Source of the DNA: the human T2T-CHM13v2.0 reference genome, Homo sapiens
DNA: 64,000 nt
NCBI RefSeq assembly: GCF_009914755.1
Contig: NC_060930.1
Strand: one strand, 5' to 3'
Below, piece by piece: positions 41,130-55,455 of this stretch (the first letter of the stretch is position 1; every line of letters starts with the position of its first letter). The notes below the pieces were generated by a model. It saw only the letters and a program-made list of their open reading frames with translations. It was not told the origin of the DNA and did not search any database. Both the position numbers and the translations under genes were made by a program.

Positions 41130-43401
41130 TGATATGGTTTAGCTGTGCCCCCACCCAAATCTCATCTTGAATTGCAGTTCCCATAATCCGCACATGTCAT
41201 AGGAGGGATCTGGTGGGAGGTAATTGAATCATGGAAGCAGTTACCCTTATGCTGTTCTCATGATAGTGAGTTCTCATGGCTGGGGAGGCCTCAGGAAACT
41301 TACAATCATGGCAGAAGGGGAAGCAAACATGTCCTTCTTCACGTGGCAGCAGGAAGGAGGAGCACCAAGCAAAAGAAGGAAAGCCATGTGAACTGTGAGT
41401 CAATTAAACCCCTTTCCTTTATAAATTACAGTTCTGGGTATGTCTTTATTAGCAGTGTTAGAATGGACTAGTACATTCAATTGGTACAGGGTAGTGGGGC
41501 AGTGCTGTAAAGATACTCCAAAATGTGGAAGCAACTTTGGAACTAGGTAACAGGCAGAGGTTGGAACAGTTTGGAGGGCTCAGAAGAAGATAGGAAAATG
41601 TGGTAAATTCAGAACTTCCTAGAGACTTGGAGGGTTCAGAAGACAGGAAGACATGGGAAAGTTTGGAACTTCCTAGAGACTTGTTGAATGACTTTCACAA
41701 AAATGCTGATAGTAATATGGAAAATGAAGTTCAGGTTGAGGTGGTCTCAGCTGGAGATGAGGAACATTTCGGAAACTGGAGTAAATGTTACGCTTGCTAT
41801 GCAAAGAGACTGGCAACATTTTGTCCCTAACCTAGAGATTTGTGGAACCTTGAACTTGAGACAGGTGATTTAGGGTATCTGGCAGAATAAATTTCTAAGC
41901 AGCAAAGTGTTCAAGAGACAGCAGAGCATAAAAGTTTGGAAAATTTTCAGCCTGATGATGCTGAAAACCCCATTTTCTGGGGAGAAATTCAAGCCAACTG
42001 AAGACATTTGCATAACTAACAAGGAGCCAATGTTAATCACCAAGACAATGGGGAAAATGTCTCCAGGGCATGTCAGAGACCTTAAAGGAGCCCCTCCCAT
42101 CATAGGCCTAGAGGCTTAGGAGGGAAAAATGGTTTCATGGGCCAGGTACTGCTCTATGAAACCTTGGTACATGGTGCCCTGCATCCCAGCTGCTTCAGCT
42201 CCAGCCATGGCTGAAAGGGGCCAATGTGCAGCTCAGGCTGTTGCTTCAGAGAGTGCAAGCTCCAAGACTTGGCAGCTTACACATGGTATTGGGCCTGTGA
42301 GTGCACAGAAGTCAAGAACTGAGGTTTAGGAATCTCCAGCTGGATTTCAGAGGATGTATGGAAACACCTAAACGTCCAGGCAAACGTTCGCTTCAGGGGT
42401 AGAGCCCTCATGGTGAACCTCTGCTAGGGCAGTGTGGAAGGGAAATGTGGTGTCAGACCCTCCACACAGAGTCCCCACTGGGGCACTGCCTAGTGGAGGT
42501 GTGAGAAGAGGGCCACCATATTCCACATCCCAGAATGGCAGATCCACTGATAGCTTGCACCATGAACCTGGAAAAGCTGCAGACACTCAAGACCAGCCCA
42601 TGAAAGCAGCTGGGAGGCGGGCTGTACCCTGCACAGCCACAGGGTCGGAGTTGCCTGAGGCCATAGGAGCTCACCTCTTGTATCAGCATGCCCTGGATAT
42701 GAGACATGGAGTCAAAGGGGATCATTTCAGAGGTTAAAGATTTGGCAGCCCCTCTGGATTTCAGACTTGCATTGGGCCTATAGTCCTGTCATTTTGGCCA
42801 ACCTCTCCCATTTGGGACAGGTGTATTTGCCCAATGCCTGTATCTAGAAAGTAACTAACTTGCTTTTGATTTTTCAGGCTTATATGCAAAAGGGACTTGC
42901 CTTGTCTCAGATGAGACTTTGGACTTGGCCTTTTGGGTCAATGCTGAATACTTTGGGGGACTGTTGGAAGGGAGTGGTTGTGTTTTGAAACATGAGGACA
43001 TGAGATTTGGGAGGGTCCAGTGGTGGGATGATATATTTTGGTTCTGTGTCCCCACCCAAATCTCACCTTGAATTGTAGTTTCCATAATCCCCGTGTGCCA
43101 TGGGAGGGACCCAGTGGGAAGTAATTGAATCGTGAAGGCACTTACCCTCATGTTGTTCTCATGATAGAGAATGAATCCTCATGAGATATGATGGTTTTAT
43201 AAGGGGCTTTTTCCCCCTTTTCCTTGGCATTTCTTCCTGCCGCCGTGTGAAGAAGGACATATTTGCTTCTCCTTCTATCAGGATTGTAAGTTTCCTGAGG
43301 CTTCTCCAGTCATGCTGAACTGTGAGTCAATTAAACCTCTTTCCTTTATAAATTACACAGTCTTGGATATTTCTTAATTAGCATGAGAACGGACAAATAT
43401 A
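41130..43401 (+). mobile_element. Full-length THE1D-like MaLR: 5' LTR 41130-41475, internal 41476-43028, 3' LTR 43029-43401
   Basis: Two same-orientation LTRs around THE1-int (AATTGGTAC...AAATGTGGAAGCAACTTTGGAACT...CAGATGAGACTTTGGAC...GAGATTTGGGAGGG); no intact internal ORF. Confidence 0.93.
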
Positions 43402-43505
43402 AGCATGCAGCTTGATTTTGTTTTTTTATCAAGTATAATATGTCTGTCTCCAAAGTTTTTATTTATTTATTTATTTCATTATTATTATTTTATATATATA
43501 TAATG

Positions 43506-43794
43506 GGCCGGGTGCAGTGGCTTATGCCTGGCTGTAATCCCAGCATGTTGGGAGGCTGAGGTAGATGGATCACTTGAGGTCAAGAGTTTGAGACCAGCCC
43601 GGCCAACATGGTGAAACCCCGTCTCCACTAACAATACAACAATTCGCCAGACATGCTGGCATACATCTGTAGTCCCAACTACTCAGGAGGCTGAGGCTGG
43701 AGAATCACTTGAACCTGGGAGATGAAGGTTGTAGTGAGCTGAGATCGCACCATTGAACTTCAGCCTGGGAGAGAGAGACTGTGTTTCAAAAAAA
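43506..43794 (+). mobile_element. Alu SINE (AluSx/Sz-like)
   Basis: Full dimer; TSD ATATATATATAAT. Confidence 0.93.
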
Positions 43795-44516
43795 TATATA
43801 TATAATATAAATTTGAGCTTATATCTACCATATTTCTTTATGCTTCCAATTTGTTACACCTTTTGCATATTTTCTTTAATCTCTCATCATCCTTTTTGCC
43901 TTATATAAATTAATTTTTTCTCTTTTGATTTTTCTCTGCTACAAATTTTACAAGCTTCATTTCTATAATTATATTTCCAAAGTCTAAAAGCAGACTATAT
44001 CTCTACTTTACTTCCCAATACTCTTGCTCAGCACTTAATTTTGGTTTTATATACTACTTTTACCAAACATTTTACCAAATATGTATCATGTGTGTTTTTA
44101 TAGCCCTTGAAAATTAGATGTAGTTTTTATTGTCTTACTTGGTCAATATTTATATGGATTTATATCACAATACATTTTGTTCACCTTTCCTTCTATCTGA
44201 GGCCTCTTTATTTCTGCCTGAAGAACATATTTTAGAATTTTGTTTAGTGAGGAATCTCTCAGTAGTAGACACTCAGTAATTTATTTCCATGAAACAATTT
44301 ATTTGTCTTTAATTTCTCCTCATTTTGAAACATACTTTCTTGAAGGGTGAATATTTTCTTCCATTTTTAAGCATGGGATCTGATTGTTTTCTGGATTGTA
44401 TAGCTTCTACTGAGGTTTCAACCATTTTTTAATGATTTTTGTTTGTTTTCACTTCAGCTAGCTTTTGGTGCTTTCTCTTGGTCTTTTGCGTTCTATAATT
44501 TTCTGTCATTGATTTA

Positions 44517-44740
44517 TAGGGCTCCTAGATTTAGCAAATAAAAATATAGCACACCCAGTTAAAGTTCACAAATTTGAAATTCACATTAATAATGTGTTTT
44601 TATTTTCCCTTTTCTTTCCTTTTTTTAAATATAAAAATTCCCCATGCAATATTGGTATATACTTATACTAAAGATTACATTCATTGTTTACGTAAAATTC
44701 AAATTTAATTGGATATTCTGTATTTTATTAGACATCTCCA
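44517..44740. mobile_element. MER53 palindromic MITE
   Basis: AGATTTAGCAAATAAAAATA..CCCAGTTAAA / AAATTCAAATTTAATTGGATATTCTGTATTTTAT inverted arms. Confidence 0.8.
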
Positions 44741-46452
44741 TTCATTTGGCTTTTTTCTGATGATTATCCAACATTTTTTGTATTTTATTATTGTTGACAA
44801 TTTCATGATTCTGCAAACTTTATCTGGAAGAATTTTTAGAGGCTTGAGTTGACGGTGAATTATTGCAGAGAGAATTTACATTGACTTCTGCCATTTGTCT
44901 GTGGGCATCAAAAAATCCAGGACTACTTTTTCAAAAAGTTCAATCCTAAATTTTTATTGTTTAATTTCTTACACTTTGAGTCTTATTTTCTGATTTACTT
45001 ATTTTAAATGCTTCACTAAAGAGTCTTATCAATTTGCATGGCCCTAGCCAATGCCTGTTTAATATCTCCAGTTAGATGTTTTATAGGCATTTCATCTCAA
45101 AACAACATATTCAAATTTAAACTGTTTTTCTCCTTTCATTAATGTAGTCTGCTTCCTCCCTTCTGAGTACAATTCCAGTTCACATTCAACTCTCATCTCA
45201 AGTATCCCAAATTTGGGGATTTCTGACTTCCCAGGAGGGATGAACTGATTGGTCCACTCAGTGCTGACGATCTACCCCTGGTCCAGTCACCTTGGCTAGA
45301 CATTTAGGACTATAAAAATTAATGTACACTCAGAAGAGTTATGGGAACAAACTTTTTGAAAAGGGAAGACAGTTAACAAAAAGTAGAGTTATTATGTACC
45401 TGCCACATTAAAAAAAATCCAACAATTTTTCTAAAACCCTGTTGTTAAATCCAACAGTCATTTTTCAAAGACTCATTATTTGATGTATTAGCAATATTGG
45501 ACACTTTACCACTCCTTCCTCCTGGAATCTTTTACTTAATTATTTTTTATTTGGTATCCAGAAAACCAAGGTCCACTGCTTTTCCTCTGAATCTATTGAC
45601 TATTTCTTCACAGCCTCCTTTGCAATGTCCCTTTTCTCTTGATCTCTAATAGCTGAGATACTCACAGGCCCAGCTAGTTCTCAGACATCATCTCTTGTTC
45701 AACTATAATCACCCCTTTGATAATGTTATCCAAACCAGAGGCTTTAAATTACATCCACATGAGAGGATACTCAGTGTTTTGTTTTGTCTAGGGTTTACCC
45801 CTCTTCTTCAAATTTCCTATTAACATATCCAACTGCCCAGTTGACATCTCACTTGTACATCAAATAAACATTGTAAACTTCAAACATCCAAAACTGAGTT
45901 CATGATATTTCACTCCTAAACCTGTTTTTCCTGCAGTCTTCCCCATTTCAGTTATGGGTAAATACATTTTTCCAGTTGCTCCGTTCAAAAAGTCATAGTA
46001 TTATTTACTTTTTGCTTTCAAACACTCCACACTTATCTGTCATCAAATCCTGTTTGCTTTCCCTTCAAATACATCCAGAACCTTACCGCTTCTCACCTTC
46101 TCTCCTGGTACTGCTCTAGCCTGTCATGTTTCTCCCGGATTATTGCAATAGTCTGCTTCTATTCTTGTTCCTCTTTGGAATCTTAAATATACAGTAGCCA
46201 CAAGGATCCCTCCTCTGCTTTAAAACCTCCAGTGACTTCTCCCTAAGAAAAGCTAAAAAGTCCAAGTCCATTCTATGCTGGGCTGAGATTGTCATGGCCA
46301 AGCACACGTGACCTGCAGGCTCAGCTCCCTTTCTGTCTCTTGCTCACTCTTTCGAGCTACCCCAGCTTTCTTACGTTTCCTGGAACCCATCAGACCAGCT
46401 CGCACTTCAGGGGCCCTGTGCATCCTGATTTTGGCAATGTCTTTGCAAAAAA

Positions 46453-46603
46453 AGTAACTTAGCCAGGGTTTCTGGAGTAGAAGTAAAGATGCTCTCTTTC
46501 TCTGGTATGCAAAACAAGACCATTTGTGGGCACTCATGCTCCAGGTTTCGCTATCTTTTATAAACACCTGCACTCTGATTTGAAAGGTCAACTCCAATGT
46601 CAT
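46453..46603 (+). repeat. Local duplication pair 4, derived copy (partner 49148-49299)
   Basis: Shared AGGGTTTCTGGAGTAGAAGTAA and CTATCTTTTATAAACACCTGCACT blocks. Confidence 0.9.
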
Positions 46604-46719
46604 CCTGCCTTTGCAATGTCTCTTTTGTCACTCTCCCCAGTTATCTGCACAGCTCACTCTCTCACCTGCTTTAGGCCTTTACCCAAATTTCACATTCTCA
46701 GTGAGGCTTTCCATGGTGA

Positions 46720-47043
<324 letters not shown>

Positions 47044-47294
47044 TAAAATTTCACACCACTGAACATTTCCTATTTTCTGGTTCCTACTTTATTTTAGCAT
47101 CCACTGCCTGCCATGCATTTCCTGTACCGTTTTATGTTTTGTGCTGTGCAACTTTCCCACTAGAATGCACACTCTTTGAGGGAGGGATGTTTTGTCTCTT
47201 TTACTAACTCTTATTTTAAATCTAGAACAGAGCATAATACGTGGGCAATGATTATTAAGTATTTTTTACATTACTAAAATCAATTATTAATAGA

Positions 47295-47460
47295 TCATTT
47301 TGATTCCCACAACATAATTGGTAGATTTTGTTCTCAATTACTAAGTGAGACTCAAAGTTCAGAGATTGTTATTACTTGCTTACTCTGGTAAGAGCATACC
47401 TGGCATTCAAACTCAGACTTTATGACTTTGAAAGCTCTAGGCTTTTTTCACATTATTTCT
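47295..47460 (-). mobile_element. MIR SINE
   Basis: TTTGATTCCCACAAC...AAGTTCAGAGA...GGCATTCAAACTCAGACT..TGACTTTGAAAGCTC. Confidence 0.6.
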
Positions 47461-49147
47461 CCAGAAGAGGCTAAGGATAATACCTTAAACCTATTAGGTG
47501 TTCACTAGATTCTTGTTGATAATAAGAGTTTAGGTAACTGTACTTTTATTTTTCATGATTTTTAAGCTTTGTTCATATCTTACTTATTTCATTTAAATGT
47601 TGGTGTCTTCCCTGAGAAGGAGGCAATAATTTAATTGTTTTTTGGTTCCCACTCCAAATTATGTGTCCTTTTCCAAGTAAGGAAGATAAATATCTTTTCC
47701 CCACTTCATTCTCTGAAACTTGCACCAAGAAGTCAGTACAAGATTTATTTGAAGTGCGTTGACCTTGGTCTAGCCATCATAAACAGGCTTTGCATTTCTG
47801 ATTTCCTCCAAATTTTTAGTGACTTATTTCTCCAAGAAGTGCCAAATCTCTGTGCCTTCTTCTGTGTAACAAGAGTTAGATTACTTTATCAAAAATTTGG
47901 GATACTGAGTAAAGTCTTTCCTCTATTTAATGTCATCTTCTTCCACCTTTCCAAGTTTCTATGAATGGATTTTCCACCACTATCAAACACTGGGAAGCCA
48001 AGGAGCCTGGGTCCATGATTGATTAGGACTGCTGCCATATATAAGCCGGAAAATTTGTTCCCATGACAAGATAAGCACAGACAAGAGACTCGATCAATGT
48101 CAGCAGCTGCCTCATGTTAAAACATGTATTTTGGTCAGCAATTCTAAAAATGGCTAACCGGCTTTAGCAGAAAGAGTGCCTCGTGCGTTCTCCCAGAGCA
48201 GGAGGTGCACTCTTGATGGAAGTTTAGTGACTTTTTAGATAAGAGTGATACGTCTGATTGCTATTTAAAATGTCACCCTTGGTAATGACATTGTAGGGCT
48301 CTTTCATCAAAAAGAGATGTTAGTTCCTACCACCCACACAGCCAATTGGAACCCAGACATCTATTGATGAGGGTGCTGTGGTGTTGGGACTACAGGCTTC
48401 AAGACAGATGGCCCATTTGCTAGTTGCGCACACTTCCTTTGCTGCTGCAAGAAGAATGGCCACAGAAAGTCATTCTGTTGTTTGACTCATGAGTTGGGGA
48501 TAAGATGGGCTTGTAGATGTACCATCATGCAGTAGTTTCTATCATGTTTCCAAAGTTAAAAGTAATTATTTTAAAAATCTGATATTTATTAAATGGTTAG
48601 CTATTTCAAACAGAGGAGTTGCTATGAAAATTAGGTCATGATGATCATGCAAATAACATCAATTCCTATTAAATGTCAAAGACTATGAAGAACAAAAAGA
48701 TATTTCGCAAATGTTTTTATAGCTAACAAAAATATCAGCTCATCATGGCCTGAATCAGGAGAAATTCCCCATTCCCATTATACTTCTAACCACTTCCTCT
48801 TCTCCTCATTGAGGAGGGTGGTTAAAAATATCCAAAAACCATTCAAAGATAAACTTTATTTTCCCTTATAAAGAAATGCCTCTTTTAAAAACATTTTTGT
48901 TCTCATGATCATGTTCCTTAAGAGCACAAATTATTCTCCTATATCACTTGAATGGAGAAAGAAATACTGGCCCGTGTGCTTAAAGTGTCTTCTTTTGATA
49001 GGACTGAGTGTGGTTTTCCACTGGGCATTGTGCCCAGTTCATTGTAACTATTTATTCATCATTTTTTTTTAAATTGAAGCTTTTATTCTAGGCCCTTCGG
49101 AGATAATGGGACCACGTGTTCTTTTATCAAAATTATTCTTCCTCTTG

Positions 49148-49639
<492 letters not shown>

Positions 49640-51025
49640 TTATGCTTTCTTAAAAATGCAGCTAATGCAATTTTCTTTCTCTGGTGAGGGATCTTTAGAA
49701 ATGTGGAGGCAAATAACAAGTGACTTGAGTTGACAAATCATTGCGATGGAAAGCATAGAGAATTTCTAACATCAATTTTTAGATTTCTTTTTTAAACACG
49801 TCACAGGATATGCCACGAGCTGGGAGCTGTTGGGCTGGCTACTTAACCTTCTTGAGTCTCAGATTTATGCTCTGTGAACTCAGATTAATAGTATTTATCC
49901 TACCTCACATAGTTATTAATATTAATGCCTACCATTTATTTGCTGTTGGAGAATCTACAATAATGAAAATTCAGTGACCAAAATGACCAGACAAGAAATC
50001 GATTCTTAGGCTGGACAATGAATATTAAGCTTGTTCTTATCACTTTGCCTTTTGTAGCACAGGTGGAGAGCCTCCTTTTCTATGTTCTTTTCAAATTCAA
50101 AATAATAAAGGAGGCTTTCCTTGGCGAGGTTAGCATTCTGTCTATGTGCCGTGACTGCTTGCTGCAGTTTGTTTTGCCTTCTTTGGAAAACAAATAATGA
50201 ACTAATTTGTTACTTAGTAGTGACAAATGAACTGGCAGGTGTATCAAGCAGTAAACCACTGTGCCCTGAACATTCACATATAGAAATACTGTACCAGGAA
50301 TCAGTAAGCTTCAAGTCCCAAATGCAGATCTCACTGGAATATAACTGACATTATGAGACACCTATTAAAAAATATGTGAAGTACAGTTACTCCAGGGGGA
50401 AGCTGAAGTGTAAGATGTTTCCAGAATCTTGCAGACACTCTGAACGCAGACTGAACTGGGAAATGAGTGATGGGGACGAGGGCAAAGAGCCTGTTGAGCA
50501 GGCAGGCGCCGGCTAGGCTGGGTGGCTTTTCCTCCCTGGGGAGTCACTGGGATTCTTCCCCTTGAGAAATCTTATGATAGAAGGCACCCTTGGACCTCCT
50601 AAAATTAGGGGCCAAAAGTGCCATTGAAGTGATTTGGAGAGAACATGTGGAACTTCTTTTTAGCTCTTAGTGTATTCATGTGGGTAATGTGCTGAGAAGA
50701 AAGAGAAGGTGGATCATTTCAATGCATCCAGAGAGGAACTCCCTCTTCCTTTACCCTTCACCCCTTGCTCTCCTCCAACTTGGTTTCTTACCCATTGATG
50801 ATTCCCCTTTATTTCCCTCTCACATTTGTTGCATCTGCCCTCATCTCATGAATACTGCTGGCACTGAGGCATTTTCTACCTGTGACACATGGCCCTAGAT
50901 CACTGTGATGGCCTCTCACCTTCAATTCGGCCTCATGCACTTCAAGCACACCCCTGATTTGAGGCACTAACCTGTTCCGAAACCCTCAGTAGCTCTCCAT
51001 TCAAGTAGAGAATATGTAGTCCAGA

Positions 51026-51312
51026 GGCCAAGTGCAGTGGCTCAGACCTGTAATCCCAGGACTTTGGGAGGCCAAGGCAGGAGGCTCACTTGAGCCCAGG
51101 AGTTCCAGACCAGCCTGGGCAACACAGCCAGATCCAATCTCTAGAAAAACATTTTAAAAATTACTCAGGCATGGTGGCACACACCTATGGTCTCAGCTAC
51201 CTGGGGGGCTGTGATGGAAGGATTGCTTGAGTTTAGGAGGTTGAGACTGCAATGAGCTATGATTGCGACACCATACTCCAGCTTGGGTGACAGAGTGAAC
51301 ACAGTATCAAAA
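51026..51312 (+). mobile_element. AluJ (Jo-like)
   Basis: CTTGAGCCCAGGAGTTC, GAGGTTGAGACTGCAATGAGCTATGAT. Confidence 0.92.
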
Positions 51313-51547
51313 GAAACACAGAAAAAAAAGAAAAGAAAAGAAAAAGAAAGAAAAAAAAAGAAAAGAAAAGAGAAAAGAAAAGGAAGAAGAAGCAGAAGCA
51401 GAAGAAGCAGAAGCAGAAGAGTAAGAATAAGAATAAGAGGAAGAGAAGAAGAAGAAGAGGAAGAAGAAGAAAGAAGAAGAAGAAAAAGAAGAAGAAGAAG
51501 AAGAAGAAGAAGAAGAAGAAGAAGAAGAAGAAGAAGAAGAAGAAGAA
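51309..51547 (+). repeat. Alu-tail-derived purine-rich compound microsatellite ending in (GAA)20
   Basis: (AAAAG)n, (GAAGCA)n, (GAATAA)n, then pure GAA 51488-51547. Confidence 0.95.
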
Positions 51548-52019
51548 TTATTAATAATAATCCAAACTGTCTACTTTCATATTGCCAACCCTCAATGACC
51601 TGGGCCTGTCTCCTTGCCTAAATCTTATTTTCATTCCCTTTAGGGGCTCTTTGTGTCACAGGAGTGGAGCCATTTCTTGTTTCTTGTTTTGGTTCCTCAT
51701 TCTACACACTCCTGGATGTGTGTGGCATGTACTGTGAGCTTCTGTTACAGCTTATTTTGCCTTACTTGGAAATTAAGAGAAAGATCTCTTCCATGATTGT
51801 ATTAATTCAGTCCGCTCTAACTCACTGGATTTTCCCAGAGGTTCCCTCTGACTCTTCACCTAAAATCTCACCCCCCATCCAACCATCAGACCCAATACCA
51901 GTGCTGCCTCTTCTCTACCTTCATCACTGTACCCTCCTCTGCCCAAAATGAAAGCAGCCCTCATTCTCCAAATCCCCATGACAGCTTAACTGTAGATTTT
52001 TAAGGCAAAACATATTTTA

Positions 52020-52167
52020 CCATATATTTTAGAATTGTATGCACCTGTCATATTTCCTTTCAGAGAATAAACTCTTTGTGGTCAAGGTCCATCTCTAATT
52101 TATTTTGTGTTCCTCTTTCAGTTAATTACATATGGTTGGCACTGGCTAAATATTTGTTGAATAAAAG
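52020..52167 (+). mobile_element. L2 3' end fragment
   Basis: ...TAAACTCTTTGTGGTCAAGG...TAAATATTTGTTGAATAAA. Confidence 0.55.
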
Positions 52168-54099
52168 TGTTGCCATTTTGCTTTTCCATGTTCTGATTTG
52201 GAAATGCCACAGTGCATGGGTATATGTGTTTCATTTTCACAAAGCTCTGTGCTTTTAAATTCTGACCTGAAACAGAAGTTAAGATGTAGATGTTATAGAA
52301 TATTCATATACTTATGTTATTATATCTTATCCCCCAAACTGTTCTTTAAATGGCTTAGCTGACTACATGGATTGCCTTTGTTTTAAGGATCATTTAAACA
52401 TAATCTTCCTCCCCTCAAATTATTTCAACCACTGTGATCTTTTGCTGACCTACTTTTGAACTAGTAAAGGAAACCTTTTGAGAGCCAACGTTTGTTATTG
52501 CAGATGAGATAATGTTGTTGTCATAGTTATAGGCTACTATAGGCCATTTCCCTCACAAAATCCAAATTAAATAACAAGATTCAAATTGTTTCACACATTT
52601 CCTCTTGAAGTTCAAGAGGTATCCCCCACAAATAACATACATAACATACCTCTTTTATATCTGCATTCTGAACTGACAAAGAAATAAAACCCAGACATTA
52701 GGCAGTTGGGAGAACAGAATATTACTTTTATTACTAATGAATCTGATGATACAGACGGGGATTCCATGCATGGATAAGTGGTATTCTGGTATCAGAATCA
52801 CTGGTTGAGATGGATTGATTACCTACTCACCAAAAGTGCTGGACCCAGGTGGGCATCTACCCACAAGGTTGGTGCTTGGGTTCCAAAACACTTGGCCTAG
52901 AGAAACCAAGAAGGGACCTTGTGCATGGGGGGCCAGCAGCTTCACTTGGAAGAGAGAGGGGCATGGCTGGCTGATTCACCTCATTTGTCTTTCCAAACTG
53001 AGCAGTCGGATGAATCACGCCTCCTCTACTGGCTGAGGCTGGAGTGGAGAGTTGGAGGGTGACTAGTGACCACAAGTGTCCCCCAGGCAAAAGGTTGTCC
53101 ACATGGACAGGATTGGGAACCAAGTATCCCATCCCCCAACACTTGCTCCCTACATGACTACGGTAGAGTCCACAGAACAAAGGTGTTTGGCTTCTCTCTT
53201 TCTATAAAGAAGACAAGACAAGATTGAGATCACTTCACAACCACTGGTGATGTGACTTTAACAAATCAATAAACCTCTTAGTTTCATCAAGTATAAATGA
53301 GAATAAAATAACATTAATAAGAATGAGAAAATAATATTTAAAAAGCACTTTCTAAACAATAACATTTCTACAAAAAAGATAAATATAAAATTTATGTTTC
53401 TTCTATTGATTTCCTTTGGTAATTAATATTATGAAATAGAAAAAAGTCAGCATGGACTATATCTTGTACTTCTGAGATTATTTAAAATAAAAACTAGGCC
53501 CTCATCCATTTTAATAAGATAGAGGAAAACATAAAATCAAATGTATTAATCAGAACTATAAATTCAAGTAAATAAATGACTATGAAAAGATAAAAACTGT
53601 CAAATTACAAGGAAACAAAGTCTAGCAATATGTTATTTTAAAGAGACAAACCTAAAAGATTGGAAAATGCAATTAAAAAATTGATTAAGAAAGAAGTATA
53701 TAATAGCAAAAAGCTACAATTTTCAAATAAAATATAAAAACTGAAAATTTATGCCTACAAAAACTCATAACATTCTTAGGATTTTATGGATTAAAAAGTG
53801 GACAAGAATAAAGTATTTGTAAAACAAAAATTCCAATCTAGAATTTATGTACACAAGCCCAGACATTTGTGATATTTCACAAATAGCTATGATTTAGCCC
53901 AACCAAGCAGAAAACACAAGCTCTTTTCAAATGCCTATCCAGTGATACTCTTATAATCTGAGAGCTTATCTTGTAATATAATAATATATTTAAATGAGAG
54001 CATTTTTTTGTTAAACCTTCAGAGAAAATTAGATGGCTCCCATTATTATATTTGTTTTCATGGCTGTCAGGAGTTTTCCTTCATAGAAGTTTATAGGTG

Positions 54100-54570
54100 T
54101 TCTGGTATTTATTCACCAAAGCTTTGTGATTTAATGCAATAACAATCATTTATTTTGCCACAATCTGAAATGTGGACAGGGCTCAGCAGGAATGGTTCAT
54201 CTTAGCTCCATGTCATGGAACTTATTTTCTCACTCATATGGCTGACAAGTTCCTGCTGGATTTTGGCTGGAATTTCAACTGGGATTCTTGGTGGGGGTCC
54301 TGCTTTTTCTCCAAATAAGTCTCCCTGTTTAGCTGCTTATGCTTTCTCATGGCATGGCAGCTGGGTTACACAGCAAGTGTCCCAAAGGAGAGAAGTGGAG
54401 GTTACCATTCCCTTAATGTCTCAGCTTGAAAACTGACACAACCTGTCTTTCACTGTTCTCTGTTAGGCAGGCATCATGAAGCTTATGCAGAAAACAATGG
54501 GGTAGAAAATAAGCCCACACCTTTAAAAGCATCAAAAAATTGACAGCTACTTTTAATCTGTCCCAGTAGC
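54100..54570 (-). mobile_element. Old MLT1 LTR (H/I/J-like)
   Basis: ACAATCATTTATTTTGCCACAATCTGAAATGTGGACAGGGCTCAGCAGGAATGGTTCATCT. Confidence 0.6.
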
Positions 54571-54949
54571 ACTTTATGTACTTGTTTCTTTTCTTTTCTT
54601 TTAATATCTTAGTCTTTTCTACCAGTCTAAAAGCTCACTGAGTGAAAGAACAGCATCTTATTTCTGTAGAAAAATCACTGTGGCATAATAAGACCACAAA
54701 AATACAATTATGATTCAACTGAATGACAATTAGAACAAAATCTACATGATTTTATACTTAGAAAAAATAGAGCAGATATCATGATATCACAGCACAATTT
54801 GGTCTGACAAATGCCAGCCATACAATGCCCAGCTCAATGTCTAGTGCATAGATGTAATGTGATGAATGAATAAGACAAGAGTAAATATAATACAAGCTCA
54901 TGGCTATATTACCTTGCATCTTTTTTTGGAAGCTTCCTTCACCATAAGA

Positions 54950-55455
54950 TTTTTTTTATTTTTAGTTTTATTTTTTTTTATTATTATACTTTAAGTTCTA
55001 GGGTACATGTGCACAACGTGCAGGCTTGTTACATATGTATACATGTGCCATGCTGGTGGGCTGCACCCATTAACTCGTCATTTACATTATGTATATCTCC
55101 TAATGCTATCCCTCCCCCTCCCCCTACCCCATGACAGGCCCCAGCATGTGATGTTCCCCATCCTGTGTCCAAGTGTTCTCATTGTTCAATTCCCACCTAT
55201 GAGTGAGAACACGTGATGTTTGGTTTTCTGTCCTTGCGATAGTTTGCTGAGAATGATGGTTTCCAGCTTCATCCATGTCCCTACAAAGGACATGAACTCA
55301 TCCTTTTTTATGGCTACATAGTATTCCATGGTGTATATGTGCCACATTTTCTTAATCCAGTCTATCATTGATGGACATTTGGGTTGGTTCCAAGTCTTTG
55401 CTATTGTGAATAGTGCCACAATAAACATATGTGTGCATGTGTCTTTATAGCAGCA
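54950..55455 (-). mobile_element. 5'-truncated L1PA (L1PA4/5-like) 3' end
   Basis: TTATTATTATACTTTAAGTTCTAGGGTACATGTGCACAACGTGCAGG; ORF2 C-terminal peptide ALFTIAKTWNQPKCPSMIDWIKKMW; TSD CACCATAAG. Confidence 0.95.

Larger units (their letters stand above)
39340..44930 (-). mobile_element. Highly decayed L1M (ME-class) fragments, host to THE1, Alu and MER53 insertions
   Basis: T-rich reverse L1 motifs (ATTATTAAACAATGCTGTTATAAATATT, TTCCCAAAGTGGTTGTA, GCATTTTAGAATCAGC, TTTCTGCCTGAAGAAC). Confidence 0.65.

Noticed and set aside
41570-41685. About 55-bp tandem duplication in the THE1 internal region
   Set aside because: As I recall, this duplication is already in THE1D-type internal consensus, so it is probably not locus-specific (unverified).
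51259-51621. 120-aa Arg/Lys/Glu-rich ORF resembling a protamine or SR protein
   Set aside because: It is the translation of an Alu 3' end plus the purine microsatellite.
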